Shown here piece after piece: positions 50,697-63,774 of a DNA stretch of 64,000 bases (its first letter is position 1; every line of letters starts with the position of its first letter). Location: assembly GCA_013239625.1 (NCBI GenBank), contig MU054575.1, forward strand, positions 557,687 to 621,686, in the 5' to 3' direction. A program made the position numbers and the translations under genes. This DNA comes from Lama guanicoe. Lineage: Eukaryota. Below the pieces are notes generated by a model. It searched no databases. It saw only the letters and a list, made by a program, of their open reading frames with translations, and had not been told where the DNA came from.

Positions 50697-52839
50697 GTGA
50701 GAAACTGTCACATAGGACAAAGGGGTGGGCACAGGGTCTGGATGCTCAGTTCTGATCCACCAGGGCCGGCAGGACCTCTGGGGTGGGCAGATGCCCAGTC
50801 CTCCCTGGACCACGTGCTCTCATCCTGTGGGCATCAGGTGTCCTTGCGTTTGCTCCGGCGGACCTGGTGTCACCCGGAGAAGTCCTCTCTGTTCTGTTCT
50901 GGGCTCTGGGCTTCTGGGAGCCAGGCCCTGCCTCGGTCCAGCTATGTGGCTGGCGCCCCCAGTCTGGCAGAGAGGAGGTGGCCCGCACACATGCTGACCC
51001 CCACTCCAGGTGGAGTGGGGGCGGGGGTCCCGAGTGCCGAGCCAGCCCTGTGTGCCCGCAGCTGTCCCCTTCCTCCTCGCTCCGTGCGTTGTTCTAGCGT
51101 TTCTGTGTCTGTCCCTCCCTCCCCTCTTGGGCTTCTTCCCGGAACCTCCCAGAATGTTCCGGCATCCACTAGAGCATCCCAGCCTGCTGGTGGCTGTAAG
51201 GACGGTGTCCCTGTCTCAGGCACGGCAGAGGGCGACGAGCTCGTGTTGTTCCTGACCCTGTGTGCTCACGGCGCCGGCGCCTGGTCTGCCTGGTGCCAGG
51301 TTTGATGTACCCCCCGCGTCTGGTCAGTGCTGGCAGGAGGGCAGAAAGCGTCCCTTGAGGCTGGCTGTGGATGCCCCCTGGGAGCTGGGTGTGCGAGACC
51401 GCGCCTGAGCACCCAGCCCACTGGGCGTGGTGTCGGGGTGCCCGCCCGTCCCCATCGCCGATGAGCCCCTGGGACGTGCTCCCCTCCTGCCCGCCAGAGT
51501 GGGCACAAAGGACAATTGTGCCCACGGCTCCGGATTTGGGGCAGGACCATTGTCGCGATGCAGATGGGGGCTTTCTGCAAATGCTGATGGGCAGGTTGGG
51601 CACGGGGAGGAGCGACGTGGCCGCGGGCTGAATACGGAGCAGCCCAAACGATGCGTCCATTCAGCCTGTTGGGTGTTACTAAGTACTTAGCGATGTCTGC
51701 GGAATGTTAACGAGCTCCTAGGGCAGAACAGCGGGCACCCTTTGTGGGCGGCTCCTGCCCGGAGGAGTGCTTCCTTTCCTACCGACACGATAAGTCAGCC
51801 CAGCCCAGAGCTGCCGAGCTGAGCCTGAGCTGTGGGCCTGGGCCCTGGGGACCCAGAGCGGCCCCCGCCCCGGGGTTACCTGAAACCCCCCAGTCCTCCT
51901 CGCCCGGAGGCTCTCGGGAGCCCTGGGTGAGAGAGGGGCGCTGACCCCGGGGCGGGGGCCGCCACCGGGAAGGGCCCGCGACCCCAGCGCCTGCACACCG
52001 GGTGCCAACAGCCACGCTGGGTTCCACCACCCTGCCGGACCCAGGCGGGAGCCCAAGCCCCGTGTGGGTGTGCAGACGGGGAGTGTGGGGCAGGATCGTC
52101 CCCCTGCCAGCGCCTGCCCGCCCACAGCGCCTGCCCCAGGCAGAGACGCTCACCATCCTGTGAGCTCCAGAGCCTTGCTGGTTCCCGGCTGGGTTCGCCG
52201 GCGTCAGGCCGGGTCTCACGCTCACGGGGGCGGGTGGTGTGGGCGGCAGGACCCCCGGCCCCCATAGCTTCCCTCTTCTTCCAGATTCTCATCACGCAGT
52301 TCCTCGCGCTGCACTGGCTCAGTAGGGGCCGTGGTCGGGCCTGCTCCGCGCTGGGCCCAGGTGAGGCCCCCGGGGCATAGGGAGCACCCCTCACCACCCA
52401 GGGAGGACTGTGGGTGACAGCAAAGGGGCAGAGTGTGTGGGTTTCTGGGGGACAAACACCTGGCTTGGGTTGGTTGGACCTGGGAAGGCTTCTCGGAGGA
52501 CGTGACACCAGCATTGAGCAGAGCTGGCTGGGGAGGGCGAGGAAGCACCTGGCAAATGGCAGGAGCAGCTTGGACGGAGGTGCTGCGGGGAACAGACCTC
52601 TCCACGTCTGCACATATTCGCCGAGTGACCTGGGAGTATCACGTGGTCTCCCCACTTGTAGGGTGGGCAGCGTGGGCTCCCGCACGCGCTCATGCTGTTT
52701 TGATCACTGTCCTTCAGAAGACGGAGGCCTCGGACGGGCGTGGTGACCCAGGGCCTGCAGGTGCCGGGCGGGCCAGGCAGCAGAAGGCCACGGAGCAGCT
52801 CTGCGCTCTGCCTGGTGCTGGAGGTGGCGCGGATGGAGG

Positions 52840-53400
52840 AGCGGGCAGGACAGGGCGGCGGGCCGGTCTCGGGCCTGCGTGGGGCTGAGGGGCGAGGAGG
52901 TGGGAGGAGAGGGGCCAGAGAGCGGCGGGCAGGTCTGCAGACTCAGGGCTCCGGCGCCAGGGCCGCGGGCTGCGCCGCGTTGGGCATAGTCAGGCTACTG
53001 GGTGAAGAGAGGCCGTTCGCTTTGATCACAAAACATTTCAGACAAAAGCTTCAGAGGACGGCACGCCCCAAGCCACGTGCCGCACCGCGGGCGGGACCCG
53101 CGTCGAGCGCTTGCGGGCCCGGGCTCATGCCGGCGCGCTCGCGGGACGCGGGTGGCGCGAAGCAGCCGCGACGCGCAGGCTGGCCGCGTGGTCCCCCGGG
53201 CCCCGCGCTGGGCCCGAGCGCCGAGCCCTGCCTCTGCCCCGCCCGCGGGTCTGGAGGCTGCGGGTGCTGGTGGTGCGTTTCCCCCTGTGGCAGCAGGACT
53301 GTGTCCTGGGCGCTGCGCCCGGGCTGCGGGCCCTCGTCGCGCCGCCTCCCCCGTCCCCGGGCCTTGCTGCGGGCTGTGGGTCTGGCCTCTGCCCGCTCCT
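52840..53400. other. CpG-island-like patch in intron 10
   Basis: Dense CpG by eye (cgcaccgcgggcgggacccgcgtcgagcgc; ggcgcgctcgcgggacgcgggtggcgcga); not computed. Confidence 0.6.
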
Positions 53401-53419
53401 CTGCTGTAGGGCCTGCCGT

Positions 53420-54400
53420 TGGCTCTGGAGACCTGCTTGGATTTACCCACGATTTGCCAGTTTTCGCCTCTCGGTTTGGCTTTAACTTCCTTCCTCCCGA
53501 AGCCCGTGCTTCCTTCAGTGGCAGTCGGGTGGCGACCAGCTCGGGTGTTGTCTGAGATGTTGCTCCTGGATGACAGTTCAGCTGCAGGCTAAGCTGCACG
53601 TTCCCAACGCCCCGCAGGCTGGCCGCCGGCCCCCGCGCGTTGTCCAGTCCTGGACAGTCCTTTGTGGGTGACCCTCCCTTCCTGTCTGGTGACTCCCCGT
53701 GCCTTCTCTGTGGCTTTGGCATCCTGGAGTTTCACCGAGTGGATCAGCTGGTGGGTTACCTGTATTTGTTCTGCTCGCAAGTTGTCGTGACTCCCGCATC
53801 TGCAGGTGTGTCTTCCGTCGAGTGGAACGTCAGCCCCACGTCGTGCATTGTCGTCTCCCCCAGATGCTCTCATCTCCCCAAAACTCCCACCCAACCTCGC
53901 TCTGACCTCCCTGGCTGCCTCCGGGCTGTCCCGTCTCGCCCCGGGTGCTGCTTCCTCGCTCACGTCTGTCTGGTTACAGATTCGCCACACGTGCCACCGT
54001 TGAGATCCGTTTCCGTCACCACGTATGTTTTTGTTTCTGTCTGTCTGCACGTGGGGCGGGTCTGCTTGTCCTTGGCACCACGTATGTTCCTCCTGGTTCG
54101 CATCACAGCTTCGGATCCTTCAGCCGCTTGAACCCACTTGTTTCATCAGCTCCGTCCTGTGACCCTGTCACCCACAGCTGTCGGAGACTCTGATTCCATT
54201 CTCCGTGGCTGCTCTGACGCTCACTTGTGGTGCCTTGCTTCCTCGTGGGTCTGCAGCTTAGGTCGTGATTGGTGGAGGTCCCCTATCCTTGGGGTCCTGT
54301 GCGCGCTGCCTGAGGGACGCTGCTCCGGCGAGGCTCTCCCTCTGCTGGCCCAGGCGCCCGGGAACCACCCTGGGGCACTTGCGGTGCTGGTGTGTGGATG
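53420..54400 (-). mobile_element. Very old L1ME/HAL1-like ORF1-region fragment
   Basis: ggatttacccacgatttgcca...cttccttcctcccgaagc...gtctgagatgt...tcctttgtgggtgac...ctttggcatcctggagtttcac. Confidence 0.5.
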
Positions 54401-56269
54401 TGCGATTGTCTAGATGACCCGTGTCACATAAATATGCACCCAGCCTCTCAGAAGGGCGGCCCTGAGCCACGTGCCCCGAGAGGAGACTTGTGACTCATGC
54501 TCCGAGAACACGGGCCAAGGCAGGCGAATCTCTTTTTCTCCCCCTTTTGCCAGCACGTGGGTTTGGCTGGCTGGTTTTGTTTTGCTCTGCTCTGCTCTGT
54601 GGTTTGAGTCCACCCTCTCACTCTTGGCTGAGCTTTTCGAGGAGCCCAGGCTGAGATGTGGGGTCTCAGCTTCGTGCAGGCTCTTCCTCTCTGGGGGCAG
54701 TAAGTCCACCTGTGTCCCCCGGGTGGGCAGCCTGGGACAGCCTGCGTGTCAAAGCCAGCATGCACCTGCTCCACTGCACCTGCTTCCCTCTGGGCCACAG
54801 GGACGCCCCTGCCCCACCAGGTGAGCCCTGTTCCTGCGCAGACAGAGGCTTTCTATGGCATCAGGCCTGCTGATTGCCGGACACAGAGGTCCTCCTCTTG
54901 TGAAAGATGACCTGTTCCTGACACGGGAGGCTGGGAGCTCCCCATGGGCAGGGGACTGTGATACTCCAGGTTGGAACATCCCTGGGTGCCCCTCGAATCT
55001 CCTGGAGATTTTACTGCTAACTCAGAGGCCCACCCCTTAGGTTCTGAGTCACAGTGGCCGTGGGGAGGCCCAGGGGTGTGTGTGTAACAAGCCCCAGGTT
55101 ACCCTGAAGCATGTGGCCCGTGCACTAGTGCAGCCCGCAGGTGACATCCTGCCTCTGTGACATCCTGGTCGGCGTCCCACCTTGGTCTCACCTGGGTCAG
55201 CGTTTCCTTGTTCAGAACAAGAACAGGGTCCCAGGCACCCTCCTGGCATCTGCCCCTCTGTCCTGGTCTGGGGCGTGATGTCACCCCAGCTCTGGAGAGG
55301 ACTTTTGATGATAAATTCTGGTGACCATCCAGTCATTCCATGTCACTCCTGCCAGCCTCAGGGTCCTGGGGAAGTGGGCCCTCAGGGTCTTGCAGGCTGA
55401 GGACCCGTGATTCCCTGAGTGGTGTCGGGGCACAGTGGGGCAGGGGAAGAGGCTGCCGGGCTCCGTGGGCGTGCTCGGAACTCCCGGGTCGGAACCGTCC
55501 CACCGGCCCTTGCCCGAGCCGCTCCCTCCTGTCCGCTCGGCCCCTGTGGCTTCTGTCTCTTTCGGGCCTTCGCCGAGGGTGACGGCGCCAGGTCAGGCTC
55601 ACTGTGCTCCCCTCCCGTCTGCTGTGTGGCCAGGGGACAGGTTGGCACGTGCGCCTGCCTCAGACCCTCCAGGATTCCTGTCCCCTCTGGGACACAGCCC
55701 AGATGCCTCTGGGAGCCTCGCCATCACCTGGCCCGGCCACCTCTGCCCACGAAGGCCCCGTCTGCACCCACAGCCAGGCTCTTCCTCCCAGACGCGTCCG
55801 CCTGAAGGTCATCCCACAGAAAGAGCTCCGCGCTCAAATTTCGGATTTGTTTTCTGATTAAAAAAGTGGCACATGCTCATCACAGAGCGTATGAAACCAC
55901 AGACCCGAGTGGTGAGGAGGAGCAGCCACCTGTCGTCCAGCCGCCCAGGACAGCCGCTGCCGGGTCCTCGACACGCCGCCCCGCCTCCACAGTTCTGACA
56001 CCTGCCTCCACCTCAGCTGTGCAGGCTTCTTCCCGCTTGCATCCCTGTCAGGACGTGATTGTTCCCATGTACCATCTGAAGTTCTTGCATTGATCTCTTG
56101 CTGTGTCCAGTCAGACGTTTATGCCAGTGCGTCCGGGCTCCTGACTTCCTGCGCTAGTTTGGAAATACAGTGGGCAAGGGTCCCCTGACGTTTCTGATTT
56201 TGTTAGAACTAGATTCAGCGTGTTGCTGTTTTGATTGGTGGTGTTCCTGGTTTTTAAGCTCTTTCTCTG

Positions 56270-59200
56270 TCAAAGAGGAAATAAAATCCCAAATTAGAGA
56301 ATATTTAGAAAAATAATAACAGAAACACTCCTCATCAGATCCCATAGCATATAAAGTATTTGAAGGATTATTGAGCCATGAATTGTGTATCTAAATATGA
56401 CTTCAAGGCCCATCAGCAAAAAGGAAAAAATAATGAATAATACAAAAGGAGAAAGAAACCCACAATTAGAGGTGGTGATTTTAATAAAGCTGTCTCAAAA
56501 GCGGATAGAACAAGCAGACAGAAAGCAGGAAGGGTACAACCTTGAATGGCACCTCCAGCCAAGCCGACCTAGTTAACACCTAGAGACCTCTCCTCCCAAC
56601 AGTGGCAGAGAATATGCTGTTTTCAAGTGCGCACGGGACACAGACCAAGACAGACCATGTTCTGAACCATAAAGCAAATCCGATAAACGTAAAATGACTC
56701 AAGTGATAGATAAAGAATGTCGTCTAACCACAGTGGAATTAAACTGAAAATCAATAAGAAAAAAATCTCTGGAAAATCCTCAACTATTTGGAACCCAAGT
56801 AACATGTTTCAAAACAGCACAGTGTCAGAGAAGAATTCCAGATGAAAACTCGAAAGTGTTTTGAACCGAATGAAAATGAAAACACAGAGTATCAAAATGT
56901 GTCGTCTCTGCTGCGGGCAGCACTCAGGGGCCGTGCGGTGTCCCAGCGCGGGCGCGAGAGACATGGTCTCCGTCAGCCTCAGCTTCACCCCCAGAAACGA
57001 TCACAGATAAGTAGAAACAGGGCAGCCATAAAGATCAGAGGGGAAACAAATGAAATAGAACACACAGAAACAAAATAATTAAACCAAAAGCTGTTTGTTT
57101 GTTTGTTTTAAAGACAGTCAGCACAACTGATAACCCTCTGCGCAGACACGTCAGGAGAAAAAGGAGGTGCAGATTATGAGAAATGAGAGCTATGGTGGTG
57201 CAGAGTCTACGGATGTGAAAAGGGTCATAAGGGAATACTGTCTACAGTTCTTTAAATTCAGCAGCTTAGATGAAATGGGCAAATTTCTTGAAAGGCGTAA
57301 ACTACTCAAGAAATAGATAACCTGAATAGGTCTCTATCTGCTAATAAAATCAAAGTTATAGTTCAGAACATTTCCCCAGACAGCACTGCCGGATCACATG
57401 GCCTTACTGGGGAATCCTCCCAAACACTTAAGAAAGAATAAAATCAATTTTAGACACTGTTCTCTAGAAAATTGAAAAGGAGGGAATACTTCCAAACGCA
57501 TTGTGAGGCCAGCGTTGTCCTGATCTGAAAACCAGCCAAAGATATTATAAGAAAAGAAAGCTACAGGTAAGAATCCCTGATGAACATACACACAAAAAAA
57601 TTCTAAGCCGAAGTTTAGCAAATCAAATCCAGTAATACATTAAAAGGATCACACATCATGACCAGCTAGGGCTCAGGAATGCAAAGCTATTTTGATATTT
57701 TAGAAAATCAGCCAGTTAGCCATATTGACAAATGAAAAAACCATATGATCATCCTAATAGATGCAGGAAAAGAATTTGACAAAATCCAACACCGATTTTT
57801 AAGCAAAGGTTCTCAGCAAATGGAAAGTTAAAAGGAACTTCCTCAACCTGATCAAGATTATCAGCAAAAATTTACAGCTGTAACATACTTAATGAAGAAA
57901 GACTAACTGCTTCCCCCTCTACGGTCAGGAACACAACAAGAATCTGCTCTCATCATTTCTAGTTAACACTAAACTGAAGATGCTAGCCAGTGGAATAAGG
58001 CAAGAAAAAGAAACTTTAGACAGCCAGTTTGGAAAAGAAGTAAAACTGTCTTTATTTGCAGATGACATGGTTATCTATGTAGAAAGTCTGGTGAATGCAG
58101 AAGATGACTACTAGAACTAGTGTGTGAATTTAGCTTTCTGGCAGATAGAAGACTGATAGGCAGAAATCAACTCTGTTTCTGTCCTCAAGCAGGAAATACT
58201 CTGAAATTGAAGTTTTAAAAATAGAGTCATATAAAAATATGAAATAATTAGAGGTTAATATGACAAAAGATGTGAGAGCTGTGCATCTCACACTGCTGAG
58301 AGGAATTAAAGAATATCCAAATACTTGCAGAGGTGTACCATGTCCATGAATCACAAGCTTCAATATTAAGCTCTACACTCAATGCACTGCCAGGCAAAAT
58401 CCCGGCAGGTATTTTGTAGAAATTAACAAGCTGGTTCTGAATTCACATGGACATGCATATGACCTAGAACACCGAAACAACTTCGAAAATGAACAAAGTT
58501 GGAAGAAAAACACCAGCAGTGTGGCATTAGCATCAAGGTGAGCAAACAGATCAACAGAACAGTGTTGAGAGTGCAGATAAGCCTATACATTTATGGGCAG
58601 CTGACTTTTGATGAAGGTGCAAAGCCAATCTGGTGGAGAAAGGATAGTCTTTGAACAAAGAGTGCTGGAACAACTGGACATCCACATGCCAAAAACCCAA
58701 CTTCCATCTACCTCTCACATCACAGACAAAAATTAACTCAGAATTTATCATAGACTTCAATGTAAAGCCTGAAACTTTTAGAAGAAAACACAGTGGAAAA
58801 CATCTTTGTGATCTGAGCTAAAGACTTTAGACATGACACCAGAAGGAAAAGCCACAATCAGAACAACATGACTGAACTTACCAAAGTCACAACCTTCACT
58901 TTGAGAGACACTATTAAGAGAATGAAAAGACAAACCAGAGATTGGGAGAAAATGTTTTCAAACCACACAGCTGACAAAGGACTTGTATCCAGAATATATG
59001 AGGGACACTTAATGACTGAGCAACAAGAAAAGAAAGAAAAATGGGCAAAAGGTTCGAACAGACACTTCATCTAAGAAGATACACAGGCAAGCACATAAAA
59101 AGATACTCAGCATCATTAGGTTTTAGAGAAATGCCAACTAAAACCATGGTGAGATGCTGCCACACAGTTAACATACAGGCTGAAATTAAGAAGACTGGCC

Positions 59201-59810
59201 ACACCAAGGGCTGGTGGAGAAACTGGAACTCTCATGCTCTGGCAGGAATGAGAAATTGCTTTGGAAAACCATTTGGCAGTTTCCCAAAATGTTAAATACA
59301 TACTTGCCCTATGATGCAGTCGTTCTGTGCCTAGGTGTTTGTCCAGGAGAAATAAGAGCAGACACACGTACCAACCCACGAACGGGGCGTGTTCACAGCA
59401 GTTTTATGAAGACTGGACACAACCCCAATGCCTGTCAGCATTTGCATATTTTTTTAAGCCCATGCAATGGGCATCACTCAGAAGTGAGGCGTTAACAGCC
59501 CAGATGAACCTCACAGTGATGCTGATGAGGGAAAGAAGCCAGACAGGAAAAGAGCACATGAAACTCGAGAAAATGCAGACAAATCCAGAGTAATAAGAAG
59601 ATCAGTGGTTAACTTGGGACAAGGGTGAGGGGCACAGGGACAGTGCTGGGAGGAGGGGTACAGGTGGGGACAAGGAACCTTTGGGGGGTGATGGCCATGT
59701 TCAGCACACGTTAAATCATATGCATCAAACATGCAGTTGGCCATATGTCTGTTATGCCTTAATGGGAAAATATATAACATAAAAATATTTCTCATAACAA
59801 AAAAATACCA
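56270..59810 (+). mobile_element. Old L1, about 3.5 kb, ORF2 plus 3' UTR, sense to KCNQ1
   Basis: tctaaccacagtggaattaaactgaaaatc (SNHSGIKLKI); tctttatttgcagatgacatg (SLFADDM, RT motif); KRMKRQTRDWEKMFSNH (58868-59074); A-rich. Confidence 0.93.
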
Positions 59811-59839
59811 AAAATAATTTTTCAAAGATTCCCTGGGGG

Positions 59840-60340
59840 AAGCAGTGGCCACTCATATCACAGATGTGGGGCTAATTTCATCAATATATTACAAAGCTCT
59901 TTTGAATCATGAAGACAAAAGGATAAAAGATACAGAAACAGTTCTCAGAAATGGAAATACCAGTGATTCTTAAGGGTCAAAAGATGCTTAGAACCTCGAT
60001 TATGGTTAAAATAAATGCAAACCAAAGCAATGGGATTTTTGAACTTACCTGACTATTGAAGAGTTTGATAATACTATGTGGGCGAGTGTACAGGGAAACT
60101 CTCAACCTCAGTCACTGATGTTGGGAGAATAAGTTGATACAACCTCAGTGGAAATGAAAGGTGCATATGCCCTTTGACCCTTCCAGAAACACATTCTGCA
60201 CTGATGTTGCACATCTGCAAAGGGATCCCTTGCTAGCATACTGAGTTCTGCAGCTGTGAAATAGCAAAGGACAGCAGACCGCAGACATGCCCATCAGTGG
60301 AGGTCTGCTCAAAGAACGTGTCGGGCACCCCTTAAACAGT
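59840..60340 (+). mobile_element. Older L1 3' fragment
   Basis: aaaataaatgcaaaccaaagcaatggga...gtgcatatgccctttgaccc...atgcccatcagtgg. Confidence 0.6.
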
Positions 60341-60544
60341 CGTTAAACCTGGGACGCTGTGCTCAGTGCTGGCGGAAGACGCCCCTGATATCTGACCCCA
60401 GAGGTCACAGGGCCTCGGCTGCCGAGGAGGAGGGCCTCCGTGCGCTTCTGCGTGCAGACACGGTGCCTCGTGAAAGGGAGCCCGCCCTTTGCTGTGTCCC
60501 GGGAGGGTCTGAAGAACACCGCAAGTGTCTTCTCTTCCAAGATG

Positions 60545-61375
60545 AAGTATTACAGCTGAGTTGTAAAACCACCTGGGCCTGGTACGTGGCTTACAGGAGA
60601 CCGTCAGCCTCCTCTTAGTCTGATTTATAGTTCTTTGTTCTAAATACACGTGCTGCGTTTTCTGGGTAATTTACTCACTGCTACTTAACTTCTCGAGGGG
60701 TTCATCTATGTGGTCGCTCGGTAGCAACGAATTTTCCCTTTTAGTGACTCGGTGTCCTCTGTGTCTCTCACCTCGTCCCCCTTGCCTGAGCGCTCACCCT
60801 TTCACTCTCTTTGTCCTAATCACGTTCCTGACAGAGCTACTATTTTATTTATTACACTTTTCTCATCTCATCAGGGAACTACCTTTTCACCGTTTTTGTT
60901 TTCTGTTTCACCAACTTGGGCTTTTGTATCCGTTCATTCCCTCTTCCTGGTTAACTTGATTAAGTTTTAACTTCATGAAGAGTAATAGTATGATTATTTA
61001 AAGCCTTTCTTCTAAAAAGCATGTTAAAGGTTATAAATTTTCCTCTGATTGCAGCATTAGCCACGACACGTAGATCTTACAATGAAACATGTTCCTTTCC
61101 ATTGCTTTCTTGGTAGTTTTTGTTTTGTGTTTTGATTTTCCTTTTGATCTAGAGTTCTTTTAAGAAATGTTTCCTTAATTTTTAAGTAGTACATTTTTGT
61201 CATTGTTATTTATTACTAACTTAACAGACTTACAGCAAGAGGGTGTGGCCTGTGAACTCTACTTTTTTTGATGAAGTTTTTTGTGTCCAAGTACAAAAAT
61301 AAAATCATTGCTTTTGTAAATGTTCCATGGACCTGAGTTCAGGAGATAAATTTTCTATTTGTAGGACACAGACTT
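60545..61375 (-). mobile_element. Old L1 ORF2 fragment, antisense
   Basis: tgtaaaaccacctgggcctggt; aaggttataaattttcctctga; ttccttaatttttaagt; ttttgtaaatgttccatg. Confidence 0.65.
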
Positions 61376-62356
61376 TTACTTGTACACCCAGGTGAAGTGT
61401 ATGTGGGGAGGGGTTATGCATCCACATGTGTGTGCGTGCGTACGCACATGCACCCCTCCTGAGCTCTGCGTCCCTCGACCTGCCCCAGCCCTCCTGCTGT
61501 TAGTGCTTCCTAATATAACACATCTGCCAGATTCTGAAACAGGAAAATTAAATCCTTCCTTTGTAATTATGTTTTCAGAAGCTGAGTGGCAGATCCTTGG
61601 AGTGGCTGGGAGCACAGCCCGACGGTCACCCTCCCTGGGGTCGGAGCCCGGCTCTGCCTCTTTCTCCCTGGTGATGCTAGACAAACTACTGCCTTCTCTG
61701 TGCCCCAGCTTCTGTCCCCACATCAGGAGCCTAACAGGGCCGCTCCCAGTGTCGCTGTGTCGACCGGGTCAGTTAACATGTGCCAGTGCTCACCCAGAGC
61801 CTGTCTGCTGCCAGCACCCTGGTGTCTCTGGCTCCTGCGCTGAACCTCTTTACCCTCCTCTGCCAAACAGCCCCCACTCCACCCGGCTCCCCAGGCCACA
61901 AATCTTGGGGCTGATCTTTCTTAAAATGTTATTACCTTACAATACACATATAACTCTATAGATGTGTGTAATGCGTATGTTTTTGTGCAGTCCTTTTTTT
62001 TTTTCACATTTGCTTGATTCCGTCACTTCTGCGACCTACGTTACCAATCCAGGAGTTACCCCTGAGTTCTTCCCAGTGCTCCCAGCAGACGATGACCAGG
62101 TGTGCACAATCCAGTGGGGGTTCATCATTCATCTCCAGCACGTGGGATCTCAGCACACCTGCTTCTCTGCCTCTTGCCTTTCCCCTTCCTCCCTCCAGAG
62201 GTTCGGGAGCAGTTCATTCTGGAATTCAGATCTCTCCTGCATTCCCCAGGGTGTCCACGCGCCAAGATGCTCTCTGTTGCCGCGCACCCGTCTTGCTTCA
62301 GGTTTTGGCCAGTTTTCTAAAACCTCCCTTGAGCCCTACTTCCCGGCAGACAGGCA

Positions 62357-63156
62357 CCGCAGTCCCCGCTCACCTGTGGCTCCTCTTTCCACGGTTTCCA
62401 GTTACCTGCGGCCAACCGTGGGCCAAACGTGTCCAGAAATAAACAATCTGTAAGCTTCAAATCGCGTGCCGGTCTGAGTGGTGTGGCGAAGCCCTGTGCT
62501 GCCCCGCCCTGTCCCCCACGCGTGAGTCATCCCTTTGCCGACGCGTCCCGCCCGTCGGTGACTTAGTAGCTGTGGGGGTTGTCAGATCAACGGTCGTGTA
62601 TTGAGGTGCTTATATTCAGGGGCCCCAGAGAGCCAGAGCAGTGATGCTGGCCGTTGCGATCTGCCAGAGGGAAGCTGTTAAGCGCTTCCTTCAAGTGAAG
62701 AGGCGAGAGTCCTCGACGTGTCAAGGAAAGGAGAGCGCCGTATGCCGCGGCTGCGGAGCGCAGCGGGAGGAACGCCCCTCCTGTCGTGAGACTGTGAAGG
62801 AGAAAGAGAACGTCGTGCTGGCCCCGCGGCTACCGCGCCGGCTGCAGGCGTGCCGGCCACGGCCCCGACACGTGCTCGGGAGGGAACAGGCGTTCACTTT
62901 GTACAACAAAGTATTTTGAGTGAGAGCACATTCACGTAACTTTTTTTGCAGTATATTGTTCGTTGTTGTTATTGTCCGTTTCCTACTGTGCCTAACTTAC
63001 ACATTCAGCTTTATCTAAATTGTGGTATAATTTAAATGTAACTTAGAATATAAACTGTAGACGTGTGCATAGGGAAGAAGCGTTTGGCACTTTGCATGGT
63101 CTCAGGCATCCCCTGGGGGCCTTGGGAGGCGCCCCGTGGACGAGGCAGGGCCCCCG
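62357..63156 (+). mobile_element. MER44/Tigger7-like non-autonomous DNA transposon
   Basis: 5' cagtccccgctcacctgtgg...ccagaaataaacaat; transposase N-terminal remnant agtgatgctggc...ccttcaagtgaa; 3' cacattcacgtaac...tcaggcatcccctgggggccttgg; degenerate terminal repeats. Confidence 0.85.
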
Positions 63157-63184
63157 TCCTCTTGTTTGGTGGTAATTTCCGGGG

Positions 63185-63580
63185 TGAACCAGTTTGCTGG
63201 GGCTGCCGGAACGAGGAGCTGGGCTGTGTGGCCCGAGTGGCAGGAGCTGATCTGGTGGTTCTGGAGGCCGGGACGTTGAGGGCAAGGCGTCGGCGGGGCG
63301 GTGTCTCCCGACGCCTCCGTCCCTGGCGGGTGCTCGGCCACCCTCTCGCCGGGCACTCGTGGGGTCTTCCCCCTGCGTGTGTGCGCCTGCTTGTCTGTAT
63401 GCCCGAACTTCGTCTCCTCGTAAGGACGCCAGTCACACTGGGTTAGGGCCCACCCGAGAGCCTCGTGCCGCGGGATCACCCCTGTAGGCGCCGGCTCCAA
63501 GCACGGTCACACTCTGGGCTCCTGGAGTTTGGAGCTTCAGCATGTGAATTCTGGGCGCTGCCGGGGGCGTCCTCAAGCAC
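63185..63580 (-). mobile_element. MLT1-type solo LTR, GC-enriched
   Basis: gttctggaggccgggacgttgagggcaaggcgtcggc...cgtaaggacgccagtcacactgggttagggcccaccc...cttcagcatgtgaatt. Confidence 0.8.
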
Positions 63581-63774
63581 ATCCCAGCCTGCCGTCGCCG
63601 CGGAGCCGGGGGGGCAGCACCGCGGGTGCTTGGGGCAGAGCGTCTCCGCTGAGGGCCTCGTGTGCTTCGTAGGCGGTTCAGCGGCACGTACGCGCTGTGG
63701 CTGTGCCCTGGGGGCAAGACCGCCCCCACTGAGAAGCACCGAGATACCTCGGAGTTTTAGGGGCAGCTTCCAAC

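Noticed and set aside
52840-53400. CpG patch as KvDMR1 / KCNQ1OT1 promoter
   Set aside because: Only about 2 kb from exon 10, whereas KvDMR1 is expected far downstream. The patch is short and adjoins eroded L1 sequence.
56270-59810. Active or domesticated reverse transcriptase
   Set aside because: ORF2 is broken by many stops and frameshifts; only short peptide remnants remain. The same holds for the other L1 copies.
62641-62919. Functional Tigger transposase
   Set aside because: Short, frameshifted N-terminal remnant in an internally deleted element; no catalytic domain.
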